From Candidatus Bathyarchaeum sp. (GTDB taxonomy: Archaea > Thermoproteota > Bathyarchaeia > Bathyarchaeales > Bathyarchaeaceae), in assembly GCA_026014495.1 (NCBI GenBank), contig JAOZIF010000137.1, forward strand, positions 1-64,000: a DNA stretch of 64,000 nucleotides, read 5' to 3'. Under the pieces are notes generated by a model, which saw nothing but the letters and a program-made list of their open reading frames with translations, was not told the DNA's origin and ran no database searches. Shown piece after piece: positions 20,550 to 29,548 of this stretch. How positions within the stretch are numbered: the stretch's first letter is position 1; every line of letters begins with the position of its first letter. The translations under genes and the position numbers were made by a program.

Positions 20550-21590
20550 TTACAGAAATACTGCAAGGAATTTTTCGCATAATGATAACACAAATTTGTT
20601 AAATTTTGGCATATAGACTTTGTTATAAAGATACACTTTGTTAAGTTGTCCTTTCCATTCTCTTTTCCATCTCCATAAACCCCAGCCTTCAGAGTTTTCA
20701 TTGGGCAGCGGTTCACGGACGTGCCCCATATGATACCAAGAGAATCCATTGTTGCAAGCCCATTTCATTGTTTCCCAGTGTAGCAGATCGTTGGGTCTTA
20801 CGTGCCAACTTTCTTCCCGAGAACCTGTACCTAATGCATAAGCAGTCTTGCCATGAAGTACGACAAAAACTCCAGCAACAGGTTGACCCTCAAAAACAGT
20901 TAAGAATATTTTTAGATTGTTACGTTTTCCAAAGATTTTGCTGAGAGATTGAAAATATATAAAAGGGTATGTTTTGAAGCCAACTCTTTTAGCTGAAATC
21001 GCGTGTAACTCAAAAAAGGAAGCGAGGGCATCATAGTTGTTACATTGAACTACTTTGGCACCTTGTTTTTGTGCTTTTTTGATGTTTCTTCTTTTGTTAT
21101 GTGTAATTGTTTTCCAAAGTTCGGTTTCAGATTTCCGAAGGTCTACTTTGTAAACGTTGAATACTGTGTTAACTGTATAACCCATATTTTCTAAAGTCTG
21201 ATTTGTTTCTGGCGCATAGATGTTAGCTTCAGAGACCCTGTTCTGGATTGCATGTTTTTCTAATAGCCCCATTAACTTTTCCAGAACTTCTTTCCTGTTG
21301 TCTGTCCCTACAACTGGTCCGTAACCATAAACGCCGCCAACTTCTGTGCGGTCACCAAACCCGAACCGCTTGTTGTATCGAGCTTGAATTAAACCTGCAA
21401 GATTATCATCGTTTATTGCTAAAAACCTTAGAATTTTCGCGTGGGGATTAGATTCCTTTATGGCTTCGCCGTATTCAAATGACTGTTGAAGATTACCTAA
21501 AGTGTAGTCCTGCAAGAACTTTTCCCACATGCCAGATGTAGGGTGGTCGATAATTGTATATTTGTCCATAATACTAGTCTCTTGCAACAT
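20550..21590 (-). CDS. FemABX-family (lipid II:glycine glycyltransferase-like) aminoacyl transferase
   Basis: GNLQQSFEYG, GYGPV, DLRKSETELWKTITHNKRRNIKKAQKQG, PNDLLHWETMKWACNNGFSWYHMG, GLWRWKREWKG (Fem C-terminal FK-x-x-F/W-G equivalent). Confidence 0.85.
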   Translation of the reverse strand: MLQETSIMDKYTIIDHPTSGMWEKFLQDYTLGNLQQSFEYGEAIKESNPHAKILRFLAINDDNLAGLIQARYNKRFGFGDRTEVGGVYGYGPVVGTDNRKEVLEKLMGLLEKHAIQNRVSEANIYAPETNQTLENMGYTVNTVFNVYKVDLRKSETELWKTITHNKRRNIKKAQKQGAKVVQCNNYDALASFFELHAISAKRVGFKTYPFIYFQSLSKIFGKRNNLKIFLTVFEGQPVAGVFVVLHGKTAYALGTGSREESWHVRPNDLLHWETMKWACNNGFSWYHMGHVREPLPNENSEGWGLWRWKREWKGQLNKVYLYNKVYMPKFNKFVLSLCEKFLAVFL

Positions 21591-21609
21591 AACGTAAAGC
21601 TGTTTTGAA

Positions 21610-22848
21610 TCAAAAACTTACACCTGGACGACTCCAAGGATAGACTTTTTTCTTTATGATTTTTGCCAATGCGACTGGAAACAAAGCCGAATTGAACAAA
21701 AATGGAAGTGGATCATCTAATTCAAACAAATCATAAAAGAGTCCGGGTTCATAAAACTTGAGCCAGCTAGCTAATACTTTCAGGTTGTTCTGGTTTTTAA
21801 AGATGTGATTTGTAAAGCCGTTTTTAAGCATGCTAAAGAGGTATAGTAGGTCTTGATCAAAGTATCTGCCTTTAACGCCCACCTTATAGTTGAAGACTCC
21901 CTTAACGTCACCGTCCATAGCAATTTGGTAAAGTAAATACGGAAAGTCCACTCCAGCTTTGACTGCAACAGATAGTGATCCCCAGAAACGAGGGTTAATC
22001 TCCAGTAGTTTTGGAATATTATCTCGGGAGTCAACTCTAAACTCAAGTTCTGCAATTCCGTGCCAATCTAACGCCTTAAGCAAAGTTTCACTGTATTTTC
22101 TTAGATTATTAGTAAGCGGAACAGTTTCGCGATAACAGCTGTTGCCACCTTCAGGAGGCCATGCTCGAGTTACTTTGATACAACAAAATGCTCGAGGTTT
22201 ACCGTTGTTGTATACAGTCGCCACTGAAAAGTTCGTTCCCGGAACATATTCTTGAATTAAAGGATACGGAAAATATTGATGAATACTGTTATAAGTTGCG
22301 ATAAGCTCTGCAGGTGAATTGACAAGACCCCCTCTTCTGTGATAAGCACGACCATTTCCCCAAACCATAGACCATCGCGGTTTGACGATACACGGATAGG
22401 TTATTTCTTGCGAGATTTTGTTCAGTTTAGCGGTTGAATTATCTACAAAAAATGTTTGTGGAATGGGTACGCTGTGTTCAGTGGCTAATTTCATTGTTGA
22501 TCGTTTGTCAAAGCACTTGAGAATTGAATCATGACGGGCAATAGGAAGGTTCACATAAGGACTTATTCGATCTCTGTTTTTGGAGATTGGTAAAAGAGAC
22601 CATTCAAAGATGGGAAAAAGAAGATCAAACTTTGTTTTTTTAACGATTTTTTCTACTGCACAAGCATATTCTTTTTCAAAACTCGTAGATGGAACCAGCA
22701 CTTGTCTTTTGCAATATTTTGAAAACCGAGAAACAGATAAAGAATAACTCGACATAATAGCTGTGTCTACTTTTCGTTTTCCTAGAGATCTTAAGATGGG
22801 AAGGACAACCGGATTATGTCCCTCGGCAATTAAAACACCATTACCCAA
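21610..22848 (-). CDS. ATP-grasp carboxylate-amine ligase
   Basis: ILRSLGKR, CFDKRSTMKLA, YPCIVKPR, PLIQEYVPG, LDWHGIAELEFRVD, LLEINPRFWGSL, AGVDFP. Confidence 0.92.
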   Translation of the reverse strand: MGNGVLIAEGHNPVVLPILRSLGKRKVDTAIMSSYSLSVSRFSKYCKRQVLVPSTSFEKEYACAVEKIVKKTKFDLLFPIFEWSLLPISKNRDRISPYVNLPIARHDSILKCFDKRSTMKLATEHSVPIPQTFFVDNSTAKLNKISQEITYPCIVKPRWSMVWGNGRAYHRRGGLVNSPAELIATYNSIHQYFPYPLIQEYVPGTNFSVATVYNNGKPRAFCCIKVTRAWPPEGGNSCYRETVPLTNNLRKYSETLLKALDWHGIAELEFRVDSRDNIPKLLEINPRFWGSLSVAVKAGVDFPYLLYQIAMDGDVKGVFNYKVGVKGRYFDQDLLYLFSMLKNGFTNHIFKNQNNLKVLASWLKFYEPGLFYDLFELDDPLPFLFNSALFPVALAKIIKKKVYPWSRPGVSF

Positions 22849-22892
22849 GGCATAACTACAACCATTTACGAGCTATTTCAGGAAAGTCTCTT

Positions 22893-24263
22893 TCAAATTG
22901 TTTTATCTTTATAAAGGACATCTTCAGGAGTTTCTCGTTCTCGAATCAGTTTGACATTACCGTTTGAATCTAAATTAACTGCACCAGGACGGGGATGAAG
23001 AAATTGTGTGGATCGCGAAATTGTGTATGCACCGCAATCAGAAATTGAAAGTATGTCGCCTTCAGAAACTTTTGGAAGAAAAGTTTTGAGATTAATGAAA
23101 TCTTCAACATATAGTAGAGGACCAACTACATTAATTTCCTCTTCTGGTTGTTTGGATGCTTTGTTTGCAACACTAATTTTTCGCTGCTCTATTGCACCAA
23201 AACGAGGAAGCAGATTTGTTCCAGCATCAACCATTACCCATTTGTAGCCGCCAGCATTTTTGACATGATCAATACGTGTAAGTAAGATTCCAGACGCTGA
23301 AGTGATAAATCTCCCTGGTTCAACAATAATTGTTGGTTCAGGTAAATCTTCTAGACCTTGCTTGATTTCGTTTACAATAGACTTGGCAACAGATTCTATG
23401 TTTGTAATGTTACGGTTTTCAGCTAATTTTGATTTGAGACCGATTTTTCGTCTCAGAAAGTCTTTGATTAAATCATTGTTTCCAATAAAACGAGCCCCAC
23501 CGGGATTGAATCCACCGCCTATGTTGAGGTATTTAAGTTCAACTCCAAAGTTTCTGTAGAGTTCGCGCATCATAGGTAGAAGTACTTTTGTTGATACCCT
23601 ATAGGGATGAGCCATTATTGCTTCAATTTTCAAGTTTTTGAGTTTTGTTGCCTGTTGAACGGCTGAATATGCTTCTTTTATAGAAAAACCGAATCTACTT
23701 CCAAGATTGCAATAAGCAGCGGTAACAAGCTTGTTTAAAGAGAGATACTTGAATATACCGGGTTCTTTGAAGGGATTTATTCTGAAACCGATAGCCTGTT
23801 TAACGCCCAACTCTCCTGCTACAGCATTCACTCTGTTGAGTTCAGTAAGAGATTCGACATTTATGAGTCGGATTTGCTTGCTGATAGCTGTCTTTAGTGT
23901 TTCTTTGGATTTCATGGGACCATCAAAGATTATGTTCTCGCCACCAAAGCCAGCCCGTAAAGCCACATGTATATCAAGTTCGGAAGCAACTTCGGCGTAT
24001 GCTCCGTTCTCTTTAAGGGTTTGGCAAATAGCCAAATTGTTATTGGTTTTGATTGAATAACAAACCATTACTTTGGGATATAAAGCAGAAAATGCACTGG
24101 AGATACGATTAAAGTTCTCTATAAGCTTAACTTCGTCAAAGACAAAAAGTGGTGTATCATATTTTTCGCATAGTTCAACCAAGTTTACTCCGTGTAGAGT
24201 CAAATGACCCTTTTTGTCGATTCCAAAGCTATTTTCGTGAATCAAGTTTTTATTAATCTCCAA
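22893..24263 (-). CDS. PLP-dependent group IV decarboxylase, diaminopimelate decarboxylase (LysA)-like with a divergent active site
   Basis: YDTPLFVFDE, CYSIKTN (PLP Lys), EVASELD, INVES, SRFG, LNIGGG, EPGR, DCGAY, HPRPGAV; GPLLYVED in place of GPLCES. Confidence 0.85.
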   Translation of the reverse strand: MEINKNLIHENSFGIDKKGHLTLHGVNLVELCEKYDTPLFVFDEVKLIENFNRISSAFSALYPKVMVCYSIKTNNNLAICQTLKENGAYAEVASELDIHVALRAGFGGENIIFDGPMKSKETLKTAISKQIRLINVESLTELNRVNAVAGELGVKQAIGFRINPFKEPGIFKYLSLNKLVTAAYCNLGSRFGFSIKEAYSAVQQATKLKNLKIEAIMAHPYRVSTKVLLPMMRELYRNFGVELKYLNIGGGFNPGGARFIGNNDLIKDFLRRKIGLKSKLAENRNITNIESVAKSIVNEIKQGLEDLPEPTIIVEPGRFITSASGILLTRIDHVKNAGGYKWVMVDAGTNLLPRFGAIEQRKISVANKASKQPEEEINVVGPLLYVEDFINLKTFLPKVSEGDILSISDCGAYTISRSTQFLHPRPGAVNLDSNGNVKLIRERETPEDVLYKDKTI

Positions 24264-24305
24264 TAGTAATACAGATACGCTGATTTAAACAGCACATTCT
24301 CATGC

Positions 24306-25442
24306 TTACACAAGTATTTCAGGCATGGCTTTCAAAAATCGATCGTTCATATTGGGAAGGCCTATGGTAACGCGTAGACAGTGACCGATAACGGGTAATT
24401 CGCCAAGATTCTTTATTATTATGCCTTTATCTAAAAGTTCACGGTAAACTTCCTCGGTGTTTTTGTTAGTTTTAAATGTAACAAAGTTTGCTTTTGAATC
24501 CAAAACTTTTATTCCGTTAATAACACGCAATTTACTAAGAAGTCTCTCACGCTCAGTGTTAACTAAATTTGTCCATCTTTGCACAACTTCAATGTTATCC
24601 AACAGCCTTTGGACGTACCTAGCAGTAAGTGTGCTAACAGTATAAGGAAGTGTCTCTGAAAGGACTGAAGCAAAATCCTTGTGCGCAGTAGCGTACCCAA
24701 ATCGTAGTCCCGCCAAACCAAACGCTTTGGAAAATGTCCGCACTACAACTATATTCTTTTTATTAATAGCCAATGGACAAACAGAATACGTTCCAAACTC
24801 CACGTAAGCTTCATCCACTAAGACAACCGCAGAAGATGCATTAGCCAAAGCTTCAATTGCAGCCCAATCAAACTGATTTCCAGTAGGATTATTCGGTGAA
24901 CAAACAAAGATTAACTTGGTCTTATTCGTCACCTTCTTAAGAACATCATCAACATCAATAGACAAATCGTCTCTAAGGGGCACTGAAACCAGCTTAGCTC
25001 CACTTAACTCCACCCTCTTTTTATACATGAAGAAACTGGGCGAAATTGAGATGGCTTCATCACCTTTTTCCAAGAAAAGCTGGATAATAAAATCAATTAG
25101 TTGTTCGCTACCACTGCACGCCACAACACATTCAGAAGGCACACCTACATATTTTCCTAAGGCAGTTTTAAGCTCAACCATTGCGTTTGAATCATAAAAT
25201 CTCAAATCAACATTTTTAATAACCTCTAGAAAAACGCCTTTAAGAAAACTAGAGTCAACAAAGAAGTTTTCGTTAGCATCTAACTTTAGAATCTGAGAAG
25301 AACAAATGCCAAGCTTTGAGGCAAGCTGGGTAACACCAGTAGAAGAATTAACATAACCGAGAAGTGATCCATCAAAGGATTGCAAAAGTTCAAGCTTTTT
25401 TTCTAACCAATTCAAATTCGGTTTCACTTCCATAATTTTCAA
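24306..25442 (-). CDS. Class I/II PLP aminotransferase, histidinol-phosphate aminotransferase (HisC/CobD)-like
   Basis: KLDANEN, SGSEQLI, CSPNNPTG, VDEAY, RTFSKAFGLAGLRFGY, SKANF, CLRVTIG. Confidence 0.88.
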   Translation of the reverse strand: MKIMEVKPNLNWLEKKLELLQSFDGSLLGYVNSSTGVTQLASKLGICSSQILKLDANENFFVDSSFLKGVFLEVIKNVDLRFYDSNAMVELKTALGKYVGVPSECVVACSGSEQLIDFIIQLFLEKGDEAISISPSFFMYKKRVELSGAKLVSVPLRDDLSIDVDDVLKKVTNKTKLIFVCSPNNPTGNQFDWAAIEALANASSAVVLVDEAYVEFGTYSVCPLAINKKNIVVVRTFSKAFGLAGLRFGYATAHKDFASVLSETLPYTVSTLTARYVQRLLDNIEVVQRWTNLVNTERERLLSKLRVINGIKVLDSKANFVTFKTNKNTEEVYRELLDKGIIIKNLGELPVIGHCLRVTIGLPNMNDRFLKAMPEILV

Positions 25443-25466
25443 TCTCAGTTATAATCAGTTATTATT

Positions 25467-25540
25467 TGGAGCCAGGGGTTGGAGTTTCACCAACGTGAGC
25501 GGCTCTGCAAACCGCCGCCTGATTACTCAGCCACCCTGGC
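25467..25540 (-). tRNA. tRNA-Cys(GCA), non-canonical D- and T-loops, CCA encoded
   Basis: Minus strand folds by hand as GCCAGGG TG GCTG AGTAATC AGGC G GCGGT TTGCAGA GCCGC TCAC GTTGG TGAAACT CCAAC CCCTGGC T CCA (74 nt). Seven-bp acceptor stem, GCA anticodon, G37, U73. Confidence 0.9.
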
Positions 25541-25582
25541 TTCGTTTGCTTCCATAGTTGGTCACAGGAGTAAAATCGCTAT

Positions 25583-26194
25583 TCAGATAACAGCAGATCC
25601 AATGGTCATATTGAGCTTTAGGTCTACGTATCTTTCGTGATATTGAAAGTTACCAAGTTCGTTATTGTAAATCCAAAGTTCGAAGAATACATTTCCGATA
25701 AATCCGTTTATTTGCGAGTTCCATGTTGTAGACCCAGTAATATCTAACAGGACACCATTTAACGTCATACTGTTAAAGGTGACTTGTGAAAGATTTTCAT
25801 TATAGCTGTAGTCAAACGAAAAAACAATGGGTAACTCCCATGTTTCGTTGTTAACAAGAGAAAATGTGATATCATACAAAGAGGGCAAACTGCTTGAGCT
25901 CTCAGTTAAACTGTCAGCAGCCGATTGAGTTATATTACGGAATTTGACTTTAATCATGTAATCGCTATCAGTCCCTAATAAATTTCCAACACCTAAAAAC
26001 ACGTTATAGTCCTCGTTAAGTGTAATATTAAACGGATAGGTTTCACCATTATGTTCTGGACCCAGAAGCCAAAGTTCAGTGAAGAACTCTGTTTGGGGAA
26101 GAACTAAAAACCGTTGTAACACAGGCGAAAGAACAAATAGTGACAAAACGAATATAACAACTAAAATAACTGTTGTGTAATTTTTATAACGCAT
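25583..26194 (-). CDS. DUF1616 domain membrane-anchored protein
   Basis: N-terminal TM then FFTELWLLGPEHNGETYP, VFLGVGNLLG, YMIKVKFRN, FELWIY; RBS GGAGGT upstream. Confidence 0.8.
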   Translation of the reverse strand: MRYKNYTTVILVVIFVLSLFVLSPVLQRFLVLPQTEFFTELWLLGPEHNGETYPFNITLNEDYNVFLGVGNLLGTDSDYMIKVKFRNITQSAADSLTESSSSLPSLYDITFSLVNNETWELPIVFSFDYSYNENLSQVTFNSMTLNGVLLDITGSTTWNSQINGFIGNVFFELWIYNNELGNFQYHERYVDLKLNMTIGSAVI

Positions 26195-26402
26195 TTTAAG
26201 ACCTCCAAATCACTCATGTAATTTTTTCAAAAGAATTAGTTTCACCAGCAACAAAAACAAAAGATACAAGAGTTGCGCATCATATTAACAATAAGGCATT
26301 GCATCAATTCTAAAGCGTGTTCCTTTCAAAGTTCCCTGAAACAAGAATCTGAAACAAACAAGAGGTTCAACAAGAAAAATTAGTCTACTTATTCTTGTGC
26401 AA

Positions 26403-26789
26403 TTATGCTGTTTCTTTTGAGTGTTTGTGGTTAGAGTTATTTGACAAATCTATGTTAGGACACATCGCATCTAACATCAGCCTTTGGTCTTCAACATGGT
26501 TCAACTGATTGTACACACTCTCACGCGATTTGTCATATTCACTAAATGTAGCCAAAAACATTTGTCCTTTTTTCGTGAGCATATAACGATTTCTCTTTCC
26601 ACAAACGATCAACTCCGCTTCTGTCAAATCATTTAGGTACTGAACCAAGAGCTTATAGCTCAAATACGCTTGATACATTATTTGAGTTCTCTTAGCACCC
26701 TTGTTAGCACTAATTACAGAAAGAATGTTTGCTAATATTACTAGTCGACTTCTGTGTTTACCCATTTTATTCACACAAAAAACAAACAA
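26403..26789 (-). CDS. Winged-helix transcription regulator (archaeal HTH_45-like)
   Basis: MGKHRSRLVILANIL...GAKRTQIMYQAYLSYKLLVQYL...YMLTKKG; probable start at MGKH (26765). Confidence 0.85.
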   Translation of the reverse strand: MFVFCVNKMGKHRSRLVILANILSVISANKGAKRTQIMYQAYLSYKLLVQYLNDLTEAELIVCGKRNRYMLTKKGQMFLATFSEYDKSRESVYNQLNHVEDQRLMLDAMCPNIDLSNNSNHKHSKETA

Positions 26790-27175
26790 ATTCTTACAGG
26801 TTCTAAGAACGACAGATAAGGTGGAGAAAGACAGGCACTTATTTCAATCGATGATGATTCTACAAGAGTTTACTACAAATAACCACATTACAACGTATTT
26901 TTGTTTAAAAGCTATAGGTTACAAATCAACTGCAGATGTAAAAAAAACTATTTTATAGATAATTGGTTCAAGAAAGATAAATTTCACTCATAAATCCCTC
27001 CTGATTGGAGCGGATGAGAATCACATCACGGAATCAATCTAACTTTGTCATGTATAATTGTGGTTAATTATATAAACTATGAAGAAAGGATTTTCTAGAT
27101 AAAACATATAGAAGATAAATCTAGAAAATTTTAATATATCTTCTATTAAAAAACACAATCATCCCAGAACAAACA

Positions 27176-28528
27176 TCAATTCGAATCAAAAGCATTTAAA
27201 ACAACTTGCCCAATTCCAGATTTTGTAACTATCTTACCTTCATTCATAACCAGTTGACCATTTACAAATGTCTTGATTGGTCTACCTTTAGCGTGTAGTC
27301 CATCAAAGGGAGAATATTTTGCTTTAGAGAAGAAAGATGCCGAATCAATCTTATATTCTCGCTTTAAATCCACCACCACAAGGTCAGCCCAGTTTTGCTC
27401 AGCTAAACAGCCTCTATTAGGCAGATTAAATATCCTTGCAGGTTCTTCTGACGTAACTTTCACAAGCTCAGCAAGAGACAAGCGACCTTTGTTAACTTGA
27501 GTTAAAAGAAGTGGGAGTGTTGTTTCAAGTCCAGGTACACCTGGTTTTGCTTCCCATACAGAGTTAGTTTGTTTTTCGTCAAGGGTGTGAGGGGCATGGT
27601 CTGAAGCTATTATGTCGACAAGACCAGTTTTCAGAGCATTCCACAATGCAGAGGTGTGATTTTGTGTTCGTATTGGAGGGTCGGTAAGAGCAAAAAATCC
27701 AGAGTTTTTGTAATGTTTAGAGGATAAAAGGAGATTGTGTGGAGTGACCTCGCAGGTCACTGGTAAACACGCTTTCTTGGCCAGTAGAACAGCATTCAGA
27801 CCCAATTCTGAGCTTATGTGACAAAAGTGAACATGAACACCAGATTTCTTTGCGAGTTGAATAACACGTTTTATTGACTTGGCCTCAGCTTCAGGAGAAT
27901 GGGCAGCCACATAAGCTTCTGTATTATTTTGTCCAAGTGTTTGCAGTTGTTTTTTCTGGTTCTCAATAAGCATCCAATCTTCGGCGTGTACCGCAACAGG
28001 AACTCCACTCTTTGCGGCTTCACGAAATGCCACAAGAAGCGACACATCATCGTCAATTTCGATACCTCCAATTTTATTTAATAAGTATACTTTGAAGCCT
28101 ATTGCCCCTACTTTGATTATTTCAGGCATTTCTTCGAGTTTATTGGGAAAAGCTGAGTTGAAAGCGACGTTAATTAGTGATTGATTTTCGGCTAGTTTGA
28201 TTCGTTCTTTAAGGGAAAGAGAGTCCATCGTAACAGGTTTGTTGTTAGGCATGTCAATGACCAATGTTACGCCTCCAGCGGCTGCAGCAGAGGTTCCTGT
28301 AATAAAGGTCTCCTTGTAGGCTAACTGTTGGTCTCGTAGATGGACATGGGAGTCAATAAGTCCAGGAAGGGTGATGTTCCCTTTTAAATCCATTTTTCTT
28401 GAGGCCGAAGGAAGATTTGTTTTTTTGGCTATTTTGACGATTTTTCCGTTATCGATAGCGATTCCTGCGTCAACAATGTTTCCGTGGATGCATATTTTGG
28501 TGTTGTAAAGGATTGTGTCGACAGGCAA
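27176..28528 (-). CDS. pyrC: Dihydroorotase (amidohydrolase superfamily)
   Basis: PGLIDSHVHLRD, AAAGGVTLVIDMPN, VHAED, HFCHIS, EVTPHNL, IASDHAPH, GVPGLETTLP, SKAKYSPFDG. Allantoinase cannot be excluded. Confidence 0.8.
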   Translation of the reverse strand: MPVDTILYNTKICIHGNIVDAGIAIDNGKIVKIAKKTNLPSASRKMDLKGNITLPGLIDSHVHLRDQQLAYKETFITGTSAAAAGGVTLVIDMPNNKPVTMDSLSLKERIKLAENQSLINVAFNSAFPNKLEEMPEIIKVGAIGFKVYLLNKIGGIEIDDDVSLLVAFREAAKSGVPVAVHAEDWMLIENQKKQLQTLGQNNTEAYVAAHSPEAEAKSIKRVIQLAKKSGVHVHFCHISSELGLNAVLLAKKACLPVTCEVTPHNLLLSSKHYKNSGFFALTDPPIRTQNHTSALWNALKTGLVDIIASDHAPHTLDEKQTNSVWEAKPGVPGLETTLPLLLTQVNKGRLSLAELVKVTSEEPARIFNLPNRGCLAEQNWADLVVVDLKREYKIDSASFFSKAKYSPFDGLHAKGRPIKTFVNGQLVMNEGKIVTKSGIGQVVLNAFDSN

Positions 28529-28743
28529 GAATACACCTTCAAAGAAATAAGCACATGATAGCTCTTATAAGTTCATCATATTTTATGAAAGCGAATGAAA
28601 AATCTGTTATTTGTTATCTAGAACGAAAATAACTGACATCAACAATGGAGAATTTATTACTTTTTGGTCGCGAGTTAGTAATCTATTGAAGTGAATTGGT
28701 TATTATTACGGAGCACCGAGTGATACAGTCAAGGTCATGACAA

Positions 28744-29316
28744 TTAGAGGTCCATCTGGCAGTCTTCACATAGGTATGTTCCTTCGATTTCATCTAAGTT
28801 TTCAGACCAACTTCCACATCGTTCACAGTAGCCTGCTAAAGGATTAGATTCTGAAGTTTCTTCACCAACATCGGGTTCTCGTTCTATCCGGGCTTTCTCT
28901 TGCATGTTTTCAAGAAGATCAGGGGTTATAGCCAAAATGTCCTTGCTGGATATTATTCCAACAAGGTTACCTTTGTATATGACTCCCATTCTTCGTATGT
29001 CAAGTTTGTTCATCCGTCTTGCTGTTTCGGTTAGCATTTCATCGGGATCTACGGTAATTAGAGGTGTCGACATGACTTCTTTAGCGGTTAGTTTATTTGG
29101 TTTGATGTTTTTGGCTAAAACACGTTTTACAAGATCGCTTTCAGTTATTATGCCTAGAGCTTTTCCATCTTTGCTAGTTACAATGATGCATCCCAATCGG
29201 TCGCTACTCATGAGTTGAGCTGTTTTATCAATGGAGGTGTTCTCGGGGGTGGTTACTGCGGGACTGGACATTACATCTTTCACCAGCATTCTGGGTCTTA
29301 ATCCTATTTCTGCCAT
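28744..29316 (-). CDS. CBS-pair protein with C-terminal zinc ribbon
   Basis: VKDVMSSP...GIITESDL, KEVMSTPLITV...GIISSKDI, then CERCG...CEDC. Confidence 0.9.
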   Translation of the reverse strand: MAEIGLRPRMLVKDVMSSPAVTTPENTSIDKTAQLMSSDRLGCIIVTSKDGKALGIITESDLVKRVLAKNIKPNKLTAKEVMSTPLITVDPDEMLTETARRMNKLDIRRMGVIYKGNLVGIISSKDILAITPDLLENMQEKARIEREPDVGEETSESNPLAGYCERCGSWSENLDEIEGTYLCEDCQMDL

Positions 29317-29548
29317 GATAACCTACCAACCTCAATATGACAATGATTTAGAAGGACTATTAAATTCTTGCTGAAGTTAATGAGTGAATTCCTTCGCAGA
29401 ATTCCTCTTATTCAGCATTTTTAAAGTTTGTCATTTGTTCCAAGAAGGCAGGATAATTCGCGTATAACAATGTCTGTGTTACATTATTTTCAAGTAAAAA
29501 GGTAGCTAAACATGAAGAAAATTAGGAAGTAATTACAAAGATGCCACA

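Noticed and set aside
25467-25540. tRNA-Cys as a randomly decayed pseudogene or att remnant
   Set aside because: Changes cluster in loop positions while stems, identity elements and CCA are intact, which random decay would not favour. Not fully excluded without genome context.
26701-26958. 85-aa plus-strand ORF
   Set aside because: Antisense to the wHTH gene and its promoter region.
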